A stretch of DNA of 64,000 bases. Source: an uncultured Clostridia bacterium (GTDB taxonomy: Bacteria; Bacillota; Clostridia; Christensenellales; UBA1242). The position numbers and the translations under genes were made by a program. The stretch is from assembly GCA_944350085.1 (NCBI GenBank), contig CALVNY010000007.1, forward strand, positions 657-64,656, written 5' to 3'. Numbering within the stretch: position 1 is the stretch's first letter; each line of letters begins with the position of its first letter. Below are positions 30,181-38,938 of this stretch, piece by piece. A model generated the notes under the pieces. It searched no databases. It was not told where the DNA came from and saw nothing but the letters and a program-made list of their open reading frames with translations.

Positions 30181-31209
30181 TTATTTAACCTTAGTTTGAG
30201 ACAACACCTTTAAATTGCCACCATTAAGCAATCTAATATCTTTAATATTAAAATTCATCATAGTTAACCTACTAAGTCCTAGACCAAAAGCAAAACCTTG
30301 ATATTTGTTTATATCAATCCCACCCATTTTTAAAACTTCTGGGTGAATCATTCCACATGGACATAGTTCAATCCAGCCACCTTGCTTACAAACATTGCAA
30401 CCTTTTCCACCACAATATGGACAACTGCAATCAAGTTCAAAACCCGGTTCAACAAATGGGAAAAATCCCGGACGCAAACGAACATTAAGTTCTTTACCAA
30501 ACACACTGCTTAACATTTGTTTCATAAAATAAATCAAATTGCTAATGCTAATATCTTTGTCAATCATCATACCTTCACATTGGAAAAATGTGTTTTCATG
30601 GCTTGCATCTAACTGTTCATTTCTAAAACAACGCCCAGGAAAAATAACTTTTAATGGTGCACCGTATTTTTTCATAATTCTATTTTGAGCAGCAGATGTG
30701 TGTGTTTTAAGTAATTGACCATTGCTTAAATAAAATGTGTCTTGCATATCTCGTGCAGGGTGATGTTTTGGAATATTTACTGCTTCAAAGTTGTTATATT
30801 CTGTTTCAACTTCGTTTCCATCTTCAACAATAAATCCCATTGAAGTAAATATTTCAATAAGTTTATGCTGAGTTACAGTTATTGGATGAAGCGAACCTGT
30901 GCATTCATTTAGTGGAATTGTTAAGTCCACAACTTTTGTATTTTTAAGTTCTTCTTCCAATTTTTTTTCTTCAAGCAAAGTTTTATATTTGTTTAATTCT
31001 GCATCAATCTCATTTTTAAGAGTGTTAACTAAAGCTCCATATTCTTTTTTTTGGTCGTTAGGAATATCTTTTATTGCTTTTAGCAAATTTGTAACTTCGC
31101 CAGATTTACCTAAAAATTCAACCTTTAAATTTTCCAATTCTTCTTCATTATTTACTGACCCTAACTTTTCAATAAATTTTTGTTTAACTTTGTCTAAATT
31201 ATTAACCAT
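30181..31209 (-). CDS. pheS: Phenylalanine--tRNA ligase alpha subunit
   Basis: Class II motifs (HPARDMQDTFY, FRNE, GFAFGLG). The ATG at 31209 follows AAGGAG. The listed longer ORF runs into the T-box terminator. Confidence 0.95.
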   Translation of the reverse strand: MVNNLDKVKQKFIEKLGSVNNEEELENLKVEFLGKSGEVTNLLKAIKDIPNDQKKEYGALVNTLKNEIDAELNKYKTLLEEKKLEEELKNTKVVDLTIPLNECTGSLHPITVTQHKLIEIFTSMGFIVEDGNEVETEYNNFEAVNIPKHHPARDMQDTFYLSNGQLLKTHTSAAQNRIMKKYGAPLKVIFPGRCFRNEQLDASHENTFFQCEGMMIDKDISISNLIYFMKQMLSSVFGKELNVRLRPGFFPFVEPGFELDCSCPYCGGKGCNVCKQGGWIELCPCGMIHPEVLKMGGIDINKYQGFAFGLGLSRLTMMNFNIKDIRLLNGGNLKVLSQTKVK

Positions 31210-31477
31210 ATTATTCTCCTTAAAAATAAAAAATCGCCCTAATAAAATAGGACGAATATTAATCGTGGTACCACCTAAATTTAAAAAAGCGAATATTAAA
31301 AACACTTTTTCCTCATTATGTTTTTAACGGAACAACCCGTTTTGCTTTCACAAAAAGGCTCAGGATTAGAAATTCATAAAACAAACTTCATACATTTTCT
31401 TTCAGCGTACCAAAAATGCTCTCTAAATGGTTTTTGTTTTACTACTTATCACCATCAATGCCACAAATATACTAACA
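31210..31477 (-). promoter_or_regulatory. T-box leader (Phe) of pheST with terminator/antiterminator
   Basis: On the minus strand: an AGAGAG box, a CCGTTA F-box (31325-31330), the T-box sequence AAATTTAGGTGGTACCACG (31264-31281), and a terminator UCGUCCUA/UAGGGCGA followed by a U-run (31225-31255). AAUUUCU, carrying the UUU/UUC Phe codons, lies at 31368-31377. Confidence 0.85.
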
Positions 31478-31483
31478 TTGATT

Positions 31484-31512
31484 AGTTTAACAACTTAAAT
31501 TTTTTTTGTCAA
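31484..31512 (-). promoter_or_regulatory. Promoter of the pheST T-box leader
   Basis: On the minus strand: TTGACA (31507-31512), 17 nt, TAAACT (31484-31489). Confidence 0.5.
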
Positions 31513-31709
31513 GATGTTTTAACACATATTAATTATTAATATTATTTAATGAAATTAAATTATTTTGTAATTTAAAATTTTAGACAATATTTCTTTAATT
31601 TTAATCATTAACTTGAATTAATCAGCATAAAATATTATAATTATATTGTAAGAAATTATTTAAACATTAATTTCTAAAATTATAAATTTTTGTATAAGGA
31701 GTGTAAAAT

Positions 31710-31931
31710 ATGGCAAAAAAATCAGATTATTTCGGTTTAGGTTATGTTGTAAGTTTAATCCTTGCAATTATCCCTGTTACTTCTTGGATTTGTGGTGCAA
31801 TCACAAGATTTAAAGAAGGCAAAATTTTAGCAGGTGTTTTAAGATTAATACTAGGTTGGAACATTATTTGGATTTGCGACCTTGTTTTAATGATTGTAAG
31901 CAAGCATATTTTAAGACTTTTAAATATTTAA
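31710..31931 (+). CDS. Small membrane protein (two TM helices, TM2-like C-terminal half)
   Basis: An AAGGAG SD and its own terminator are present. Confidence 0.5.
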   Translation: MAKKSDYFGLGYVVSLILAIIPVTSWICGAITRFKEGKILAGVLRLILGWNIIWICDLVLMIVSKHILRLLNI

Positions 31932-31932
31932 C

Positions 31933-31959
31933 AAAAAGGGGTTTAATACCCTTTTTTTA
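31933..31959 (+). terminator. Intrinsic terminator
   Basis: AGGGGT pairs with ACCCCT-like (31937-31953), followed by a T7 run. Confidence 0.7.
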
Positions 31960-32042
31960 ATTTTTAACAACTTTGCTTAAAAAAATAGATAAATTATAAA
32001 ATTTGTTATATACTTAATTATTAAAAAATTAAAGGAAAAATT

Positions 32043-32243
32043 ATGGAAAAAATTTTTGATGTTAAATTATTTTTTATTCTTTTGTTTTTAGGCTGGTTTG
32101 GAATTGACAAACTATACAAAAAAAATTGGAAAATGTTTTTAGCAAAATTTCTAACTCTTTTTGTTTTGATTGGCATAATTTGGAACATCTATGACATTGT
32201 TATGTGTTGCCTAAAAAATTATGAAGTAAATCCTTTTGAATAA
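32043..32243 (+). CDS. TM2 domain small membrane protein
   Basis: LGWFGIDKLY...IWNIYD resembles the TM2 motif G.xG.HxFY...W..xD. An AAAGGA SD is present. Confidence 0.5.
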   Translation: MEKIFDVKLFFILLFLGWFGIDKLYKKNWKMFLAKFLTLFVLIGIIWNIYDIVMCCLKNYEVNPFE

Positions 32244-32280
32244 TTATTGCTATATTTCAAGTTTAAATTTTTTTAAATCA

Positions 32281-32313
32281 AAAAAATAAGTAACCCATTG
32301 TTACTTATTTTTT
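32281..32313. terminator. Bidirectional intrinsic terminator
   Basis: ATAAGTAAC pairs with GTTACTTAT, with flanking A/T runs. Confidence 0.7.
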
Positions 32314-33023
32314 CTTAAAAACTCATTATCTAAAATTTTATATAATTCTTGCCTTGGTTTATCATTACATTTTTTAAAAGCATTTTTTAGTTTTTGATAA
32401 CTATAATCTATGTTTTTATTTTCAAAAACAATTTGGTTTTCTTTAATTTCTATCATAGTGTAACAAGATGGATATGTTGCACCACACGAGCCCACACAAA
32501 CTAACTTTTTATTTTTTATTTCGTAATAAAAAGGTTTGTGTAAATGCCCAAACACAATAATGTTATGTTTTACATCTTTAAAAATTTCATACACATCTTG
32601 CATATCATATGTCTTTGGGTCATCAACAAGTTCAGTTTTAGTTTCCCATAAATAATGAGTAAAGTAAATTTCAATATTATTTTGTTTTAAAACAAAGTCC
32701 CTTGGCAATGATTTTAAATAGTTTGTATTTTTTGTGCTAAGTTCTTGCCTTAAATTGTTAATATGTTCCAATTTTAATACATATTTTACTTTTTCTTCAT
32801 CTTTTGTTAAGCCATTAACCACATAACTATCATTGTTTCCTAAAATTGCAATTAAATCTTTTTGCTTTCTTATTAAATCAACGCATTCATTTGTAAAAGG
32901 CGAAAAAGTTATAATGTCTCCTAATAAAATTTTAACATCTGCACTTTTATAATCTTTACTTTTTATTATGTTTTTTAAAGCATAGATGTTGCCATGCAAA
33001 TCTGTAAAAACAAAAACTTTCAT
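32301..33023 (-). CDS. Metallophosphoesterase (YfcE/MJ0936-like)
   Basis: DLHGN, GDI, GNND and GHLH motifs occur in the canonical order. Confidence 0.8.
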   Translation of the reverse strand: MKVFVFTDLHGNIYALKNIIKSKDYKSADVKILLGDIITFSPFTNECVDLIRKQKDLIAILGNNDSYVVNGLTKDEEKVKYVLKLEHINNLRQELSTKNTNYLKSLPRDFVLKQNNIEIYFTHYLWETKTELVDDPKTYDMQDVYEIFKDVKHNIIVFGHLHKPFYYEIKNKKLVCVGSCGATYPSCYTMIEIKENQIVFENKNIDYSYQKLKNAFKKCNDKPRQELYKILDNEFLRKNK

Positions 33024-33077
33024 TTTAATCTCCTAAGTCATTATATCAAAAAATATTCAAATTACAAATTTATAAAG

Positions 33078-33107
33078 TTGTAAATTTGCACAAATAAATG
33101 GTATAAT
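33078..33107 (+). promoter_or_regulatory. Promoter of tRNA-Gln
   Basis: TTGTAA (33078-33083), 18 nt, and the extended -10 TGgTATAAT (33099-33107). Confidence 0.5.
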
Positions 33108-33125
33108 ATAATGTTCAAGTTATTT

Positions 33126-33201
33126 TGGGGTGTAGCCAAGTGGTAAGGCAGAGGATTCTGACTCCTCCACTTCGGGGGTTCGAATCCCTCCACCCCAGCC
33201 A
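33126..33201 (+). tRNA. tRNA-Gln (anticodon CUG)
   Basis: Acceptor TGGGGTG/CACCCCA with a U1:A72 pair, discriminator G and an encoded CCA. The anticodon arm is GAGGA-TTCTGAC-TCCTC and the T-loop is TTCGAAT. Confidence 0.85.
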
Positions 33202-33235
33202 GTATAAAACACGCTTTTTGTGTTTTTATTTTTTT
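33186..33235 (+). repeat. Direct repeat copy 1 (last 16 nt of tRNA-Gln plus downstream hairpin/T-run)
   Basis: The sequence ccctccaccccagccagtataaaacacgctttttgtgtttttattttttt is identical to 33369-33418. Confidence 0.9.
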
Positions 33236-33368
33236 GTTTTATTATTTATTTTGCTTTTTAGGGATTCGAACCCTTGGTTCTCAGTCCTGTCGGACCCGGA
33301 CCGAAATCATAGATTTCTCCCGGCTTTGGCTAAAAACTTGCCACCGGCAACTTTTCTTTACGCGTCGC
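33236..33368. other. GC-rich 133-bp segment of unknown nature between the repeats (tRNA-like fragment, att scar or structured RNA)
   Basis: 57 of the 108 nt at 33261-33368 are G/C by hand count, in an AT-rich context. On the minus strand it contains AGGGTTCGAATCCCT (33260-33274), a canonical T-arm, plus several GC hairpins. I could not fold a complete cloverleaf. Confidence 0.3.
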
Positions 33369-33418
33369 CCCTCCACCCCAGCCAGTATAAAACACGCTTT
33401 TTGTGTTTTTATTTTTTT
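33369..33418 (+). repeat. Direct repeat copy 2
   Basis: Perfect 50-nt match to 33186-33235. Confidence 0.9.
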
Positions 33419-33523
33419 ATCGTTTTAACTTTATTTAGTTTTTACTTTTTAATTTTTTTATGTTATTAATTTTTATTATTTACTTTATGTTTTTATTTTT
33501 TATTTAATAAATTTTTAAAATTA

Positions 33524-33562
33524 ACAAAAAAGGATAGTGCATTTAAAACATTATCCTTTTTA
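33524..33562. terminator. Intrinsic terminator downstream of the ABC operon
   Basis: AGGATAGTG (33531-33539) pairs with CATTATCCT (33549-33557), with flanking A/T runs. Confidence 0.7.
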
Positions 33563-33603
33563 TTTTTACCATTTCATATCTTTAATTTTTTACATTTTTA
33601 TGC

Positions 33604-35208
33604 TTATAGTGGCAAATCTTTCTTTTGGAATTTTTTAATTGAAATAAAATATGTTACAATTCCAACTCCTAATAAAATTGCCAATTTCCAAACAAACTTA
33701 ATATTTCCATCCATTATTGCAACAGTATCATAAAGAGAAATTAGTGAAACATAATTAAAATAATCCATTGCTTGAATTTTAATTGCCTGTGGCATTACGC
33801 TAGAACCAAACAATCCTAAAATTGTTGCAACTAAGAAAAACATAGATATACCGCCACCAACTGCCATAGATTGTTTGCTTCTGTTAAACCAACTTGATGC
33901 CAAAAAGCAAATTCCAGATATGGCAAATGTTGTTATGAACGCACCCAAATTAAATAATAACATATCCACATAAGAAATTGTTATTGACCCAGACCCCACA
34001 ATGAACAAACAAATAAGCCCGGTGATAGTTGTAAACACAAACATTGCAAAAAGTGATGCAATTAGGTAAACCATTTGTGTTATTGAAACTGTTATTCTTT
34101 TTGTTGGAGTTGAAAGCACATAAGCCATAGAACCTGTGTCAACTTGCGATGCAATTAAATTGTTTGCTGTCATAATTATGTAAATTAAAGGCAAAAGCAA
34201 TCCTGCAATACGGAAATATATTGAGCCTATTACTAAACTATAAATATCCATTGCACCTAATTCTTGCAATGCTGTTGCAACTTCAATAGGCAATTCTTCA
34301 ATAAGAGTGCCTGTTTTGTTTGCAATCAACTGGTTTGAATATTTATTTAATCTGTTTGCAACTTCTAATTCAATTTGTTCTTCAGTTAAAGAATCATATC
34401 CTTCTTCTTGCATCAATTCCTGCCTTATTTGTTGTTCCTTAACATCCATTTCTGCTCTATATGAAATTATTGCACTTGAACTCATATTTGAAATTTCATT
34501 TTCAGAGTAATAGTCTTTAATATAAATAGTATTACCATTATATTCAAAAAATTGTTGATAGAAAATTCCCTTTAAAACTTGTGGAATGTACATAGTTGCA
34601 AATTCTTTTGCGTTATCCGAAGATGAGCTTATAAAATCGTTTATTGCTTTAACTATAAACAATTTTGCATAATTTGCACTTTCTTCCCCTTCAGTAACTT
34701 TTACTTGTTCGTAAACTTCATTACAGATATTTGTTAAAACATAGTCTTTTATTTTATTTTCACTAATGTCGTTGCCTTCCATTATGTAATAACTAATAAA
34801 AGTGTTAATTAAAAGTTTTTCATCGTCGCTTTTACCATTTGTTAAATATTCCCTTGCTTCACTTTCTGTATATCCTGCTTGAATTAGGCTATCATAACCC
34901 ATACTTAGTTGGGTTCTATTTTCTTCACCAATTAAATTTAATGCTATTGTTAAATTGTTTTTACCGCTCTCATAATTAGTTAGTGCCTTTTCGGTTAAAT
35001 TGTAATATGTCATAGATTGCTTATCAATGGTTGATTCAACAGCATCAGTGATGAACATATCTGTCATTGACTGCCTTATTCCATTTACATTTATATTCCC
35101 CAAAACAAGAATCAAAATTGCTAGCATAAAACAAATAATTGCAGTAACAAACACCCAAGTTCCAGCATTTGCCTTACATGATTGTTTAAAAAGTGGTTTA
35201 CTAATCAT
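33604..35208 (-). CDS. ABC transporter permease (ABC-2 type, large extracytoplasmic loop)
   Basis: N-terminal TM helix, a soluble loop of about 300 aa, then 5 TM helices. The ATG at 35208 follows a GGAGG SD adjacent to the upstream stop. Confidence 0.7.
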   Translation of the reverse strand: MISKPLFKQSCKANAGTWVFVTAIICFMLAILILVLGNINVNGIRQSMTDMFITDAVESTIDKQSMTYYNLTEKALTNYESGKNNLTIALNLIGEENRTQLSMGYDSLIQAGYTESEAREYLTNGKSDDEKLLINTFISYYIMEGNDISENKIKDYVLTNICNEVYEQVKVTEGEESANYAKLFIVKAINDFISSSSDNAKEFATMYIPQVLKGIFYQQFFEYNGNTIYIKDYYSENEISNMSSSAIISYRAEMDVKEQQIRQELMQEEGYDSLTEEQIELEVANRLNKYSNQLIANKTGTLIEELPIEVATALQELGAMDIYSLVIGSIYFRIAGLLLPLIYIIMTANNLIASQVDTGSMAYVLSTPTKRITVSITQMVYLIASLFAMFVFTTITGLICLFIVGSGSITISYVDMLLFNLGAFITTFAISGICFLASSWFNRSKQSMAVGGGISMFFLVATILGLFGSSVMPQAIKIQAMDYFNYVSLISLYDTVAIMDGNIKFVWKLAILLGVGIVTYFISIKKFQKKDLPL

Positions 35209-35209
35209 A

Positions 35210-36115
35210 CTATTTTCCTCCCTTATTTGTAATTTTGCTAAAATGTTTTTCAAGAGTGTACTTAACTTCGGAAATAAATTTTACATCAAACGCGGTTAAG
35301 TCTTTAAATAAGTTGGTTAATTTAGACTTATTGATTGATATGGTTACTTGGTTATATTTTTGTTGGTCACGAATTACATTATATTTTAATTTTTTAAAGT
35401 TTTTGTAATCACTTTCATTGTTAAACTCAATTTTAAAGTCAACAACATTTCTGTTTTTTATTTCGTTCATATTTGCAATATTAAGTATTTTGCCCTTGTC
35501 AATTAAGATAACTCTATCACAAATTTTTTCTAATTCTTCATACATGTGCGAACTTATAAGAATTGTTTTCCCTTTGCTTTTTTCTTCTTCCAAAATCTCA
35601 ATAAATGCAACACGCATAAGTGGGTCTAGCCCCGTAGTTGGTTCATCTAAAATTAAAATGTCGGGGTTTGCCATAAGTGCTGCAACAACAGCAGTTTTTT
35701 GCTTCATGCCTTTGCTCATTCTTTTTAAATTTGCAGTAGGGTCCAGTTGCAATTTTTCAATTAAATAGTTAGCATACGACATATCTTTAACATTTAAAAA
35801 TTCTGCTTGCGATTGTAAAAACAATGTTCCCGTTTTAAGATCTGGAAAGGCAATTTCGCCAGGGATATAACCTATGTATTTCTTAATTTTTTCTGCATCT
35901 TTCCACGCATCAAGTCCACACACCGTAATTTTGCCTGCGTCAGGTTTTAAAAAACCCATTATGTTTCTAATTGTTGTGGTTTTTCCTGCACCATTTGAGC
36001 CCATAAATCCAACAACTTCGCCTTTTTTTATTTGAAAATTAAAATCAAATATTCCTCTATTGTTGCCATAATCTTTTGTAAGATTTTTTACATCAATAAC
36101 AATTTCGTCAGTCAT
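35210..36115 (-). CDS. ABC transporter ATP-binding protein
   Basis: Walker A GSNGAGKTT, signature SKGMKQK, and Walker B ILILDEP. Confidence 0.9.
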   Translation of the reverse strand: MTDEIVIDVKNLTKDYGNNRGIFDFNFQIKKGEVVGFMGSNGAGKTTTIRNIMGFLKPDAGKITVCGLDAWKDAEKIKKYIGYIPGEIAFPDLKTGTLFLQSQAEFLNVKDMSYANYLIEKLQLDPTANLKRMSKGMKQKTAVVAALMANPDILILDEPTTGLDPLMRVAFIEILEEEKSKGKTILISSHMYEELEKICDRVILIDKGKILNIANMNEIKNRNVVDFKIEFNNESDYKNFKKLKYNVIRDQQKYNQVTISINKSKLTNLFKDLTAFDVKFISEVKYTLEKHFSKITNKGGK

Positions 36116-37035
36116 TATAGTGCACCTCCAAAATTTTTATCTTCTTTGTAATATTTCATAAAATAATCTTCCAAAGTTTCTTTATTGTGTACAAAATCAA
36201 CAATTTTAAATTTGCTTAGTTTTTCTATTAAGTAATTTATATTTTTGTCATCAACATTTACAACAACCTTTTTAGATTGAATATCAACAATATTAAATTT
36301 AGTGTTATTTTTTGAATTTTTTAAAAATTCTTTTATGTCATTTTCACTATAGAAAATTACTTCATAAATTTTATTTGTTGCATGTTTTAAATCATCTGCA
36401 TTAAATATTGAAACAATCTTTCCATCTTTTATTATTGCAATTCTATCGCATGTAGCATCAACCTCACTAAAGATATGGCTGGAAAGTAAAATAGTTTTTC
36501 CTCGTTGTTTCTCTTCTTTTATAAAATCAATAAAAACATGTTGCATTTCAAAATCTAGCCCACTTGTTGGTTCATCTAAAATTAATATGTCGGGGTCATT
36601 CATAAATGCAGTAACTATTGCAAGTTTACGCTTTACACCCAAACTCATTCTTTTAGTTTCCCCTGTTGCATCAAGTTCAAATAATTTAATCAAATGATTT
36701 AGCCATTCATCACTTTTAACGCCTTTAAGTTTTTTCATCATATCAATAAACTCAAACCCTGTAAGTCCAGTTGGCAATGCAATCTCACCCGGCAAATATC
36801 CAACCTTATCCATAAACTTGTAGTAATTGTTAAAACTTTCAAGCCCTAAAATTTTAGTTTTCCCTGTGTCGGGTTTACTAAATCCCATAAGATGCCTTAT
36901 AGTGGTAGATTTGCCTGCACCATTTGGTCCCAAAAATCCAAAAACTTCACCGCTTTTAACAGAAAATGTAACATCAAAAACACCACGACCAAAACCATAG
37001 TCTTTAGTTAAGTTTTCAACTTCAATTTTTTCCAT
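36115..37035 (-). CDS. ABC transporter ATP-binding protein
   Basis: Walker A GPNGAGKST, signature SLGVKRK, and Walker B ILILDEP. I prefer the ATG at 37035. The listed GTG lies inside the AAGGTGG SD. Confidence 0.9.
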   Translation of the reverse strand: MEKIEVENLTKDYGFGRGVFDVTFSVKSGEVFGFLGPNGAGKSTTIRHLMGFSKPDTGKTKILGLESFNNYYKFMDKVGYLPGEIALPTGLTGFEFIDMMKKLKGVKSDEWLNHLIKLFELDATGETKRMSLGVKRKLAIVTAFMNDPDILILDEPTSGLDFEMQHVFIDFIKEEKQRGKTILLSSHIFSEVDATCDRIAIIKDGKIVSIFNADDLKHATNKIYEVIFYSENDIKEFLKNSKNNTKFNIVDIQSKKVVVNVDDKNINYLIEKLSKFKIVDFVHNKETLEDYFMKYYKEDKNFGGAL

Positions 37036-37084
37036 AATTTTTACCACCTTAAAGTTTTTAAAAATTAGACAAGTGTATATTTTA

Positions 37085-37113
37085 TTGACAGTTGTAGTAT
37101 TATATGATATTAT
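37085..37113 (+). promoter_or_regulatory. Candidate promoter of the TetR gene
   Basis: TTGACA (37085-37090), 17 nt, TATTAT (37108-37113). Confidence 0.4.
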
Positions 37114-37210
37114 CCAAAAAAAATCAATTTATTTAATGTTACACTACTTTGATTATGTTGTGTAATTTACATATTTAAAAATTTGTCTATAAATTATTTG
37201 GAGATTTGCT

Positions 37211-37804
37211 ATGGAAGAAAAGGAAGATTTAAGAGTTGTTAGAACAAAAAAGATGCTTTGTGAAGCATTGACATCATTGCTTGAAACCACATCTTATGAA
37301 AAAATAAATGTAATTGATATTTGCGAAAAAGCAATGGTGCACAGAGCAACATTTTACAATCATTTTAATGATAAAGAAATGCTTTTAGATTATATGCTAT
37401 ATGGTTTTGAAGAAGAATTGTTTAATAGTGCAATCAATTCAGCAGTAATTAATAGTAGCAAAGACGAAAAAGAATTGTATTTGAACATTATTTCAAAATT
37501 TATTGATTTTGCAACATTAAACAAAAAACGACTTTATTTAATTTTAAAACACAGCAAGGACAAAATAACATCTTTAATTACTTCAACATTTAAAAAATGC
37601 ATAAGTTTTATAATTAGCAAAAACAAATTTAGAACTGAATATCTATTACCAATTAACGTTTTAGTTACATTTTTTACTGGTGGCATTACGGCAATCGGAA
37701 TTGATTGGCTAGAATCAACTAACCCACCAAGCAAAGAAGAAATGCTTAATTATTTTGAAGTTATTATTAATCCAGCAGTTTATGCTAAAAATATAAAAAA
37801 CTAA
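37211..37804 (+). CDS. TetR/AcrR family transcriptional regulator
   Basis: N-terminal HTH (INVIDICEKAMVHRATFYNHF). The gene is divergent from the ABC operon. Confidence 0.8.
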   Translation: MEEKEDLRVVRTKKMLCEALTSLLETTSYEKINVIDICEKAMVHRATFYNHFNDKEMLLDYMLYGFEEELFNSAINSAVINSSKDEKELYLNIISKFIDFATLNKKRLYLILKHSKDKITSLITSTFKKCISFIISKNKFRTEYLLPINVLVTFFTGGITAIGIDWLESTNPPSKEEMLNYFEVIINPAVYAKNIKN

Positions 37805-37937
37805 TAATTTTATAATCATCTTTATTTACTAAAGTAAAATATTTGATATAATATTTTGTATTAACATAAACTTTAAAGTTAAAGTTAAAACTTTTATTTA
37901 AAAAATATATTTAAAATTTTTCAATAAGGAATTTATT

Positions 37938-38282
37938 ATGTTTACAATTATGCACTTAAATGAAAAACCATTTAATAAAATAAAAAATGGAACAAAAACA
38001 ATAGAGATGCGTTTGTTTGATGGCAAAAGAAAGTTTTTAACAGTTGGCGACACAATAGAATTTATAAATAAAGCAAATGAAAATGAAACTATGGAAGTTG
38101 AAGTTTTGGGTGTGCACATTTACCCTACTTTTAAAGAACTTTACCAAAATTTTTCAAAACAGGAACTTGGTTACGACGATGATGAAGTTGCAAGTTATAA
38201 AGACATGGAAGAATATTATCCATTAAGTGAACAAGAAAAAAATTGTGTTGTTGGAATTGAAATTAAGGTTATTAAACAATAG
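37938..38282 (+). CDS. ASCH domain protein
   Basis: The KPFNKIKNGTKTIEMRL pattern is typical of the ASCH/PUA-like fold. Length is 114 aa. Confidence 0.65.
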   Translation: MFTIMHLNEKPFNKIKNGTKTIEMRLFDGKRKFLTVGDTIEFINKANENETMEVEVLGVHIYPTFKELYQNFSKQELGYDDDEVASYKDMEEYYPLSEQEKNCVVGIEIKVIKQ

Positions 38283-38310
38283 TTTTTAAAGTTAAAAGTG
38301 GAGATTTAAA

Positions 38311-38760
38311 ATGGAAAAATTAATTAAATCTAGTATTGATGATGAATTAGAAAAAGGTATTAAAATTTTAGAACCTGTTGACGCATATAAATTTGCTTTA
38401 ATTTGTAGTGAACACGCATTAAATTATTTTGAATTTAAAGACAGCACAAACATAAACAAAGCACTTCAAACAATAAATAATAACTTGGAAAATGTAGACA
38501 AAGAACTTGCAAAAAACATTTCATTACTTATTAATGCAGAAGCAAAAAATGTTGAAAATGTTAACACTTCACTTTTTTACATATTAAAAGCATTTAGCCA
38601 CACCGTTGCAGTTTTGTATAATAAAGAAAACGCAATTTATTCTGCAATTTATTCTGCAACAGCAATATACAACAAAACAAAAAACAAAAAAACATATAAA
38701 GATGAAAAACTATATCAACTAGAAAAATTAAATAAATTTTTGATTATGTACGAAGAATAA
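38311..38760 (+). CDS. Hypothetical helical protein (possibly immunity-protein-like)
   Basis: A GGAGA SD is present and the composition is all-helical. The resemblance to Imm-type helical repeat proteins is from memory only. Confidence 0.4.
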   Translation: MEKLIKSSIDDELEKGIKILEPVDAYKFALICSEHALNYFEFKDSTNINKALQTINNNLENVDKELAKNISLLINAEAKNVENVNTSLFYILKAFSHTVAVLYNKENAIYSAIYSATAIYNKTKNKKTYKDEKLYQLEKLNKFLIMYEE

Positions 38761-38861
38761 ATTTTAATATAGAATTTTCAAAATTAATCTCTTAACTAAA
38801 AAAAGCAAAATTTTAATTTTAAAAAGATAAAAATCAATTTTAATTTTTTATATTAAAGAAA

Positions 38862-38896
38862 CAAAAAACAACCACTAAATTAAAGTGGTTGTTTTA
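38862..38896. terminator. Bidirectional intrinsic terminator
   Basis: ACAACCACT (38868-38876) pairs with AGTGGTTGT (38884-38892). Confidence 0.75.
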
Positions 38897-38938
38897 TTTA
38901 AAAAATAACAATTTTGTGTTAATTTAATTTTATAACTT

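Noticed and set aside
33236-33368. The GC-rich insert considered as a canonical tRNA, tRNA-Sec, tRNA-Pyl, tmRNA or SRP RNA.
   Set aside because: Only a T-arm is canonical. The best acceptor has a G-G clash, there is no D-arm with a GG loop, and the anticodon hairpin has a 5-nt loop or C33. There is no UCA anticodon, no tmRNA 5' GGGG...UUCGAC element and no SRP GGAA tetraloop motif. It is kept as an unexplained element rather than called as an RNA gene.
33125-33469. A 114-aa ORF, and the 64-aa ORF at 33234-33428.
   Set aside because: They read through tRNA-Gln and the duplicated tRNA end, which produces the repeated PLHPSQYKTRFLCFYFF. There is no SD. The open frame is a consequence of the RNA gene and the repeat.
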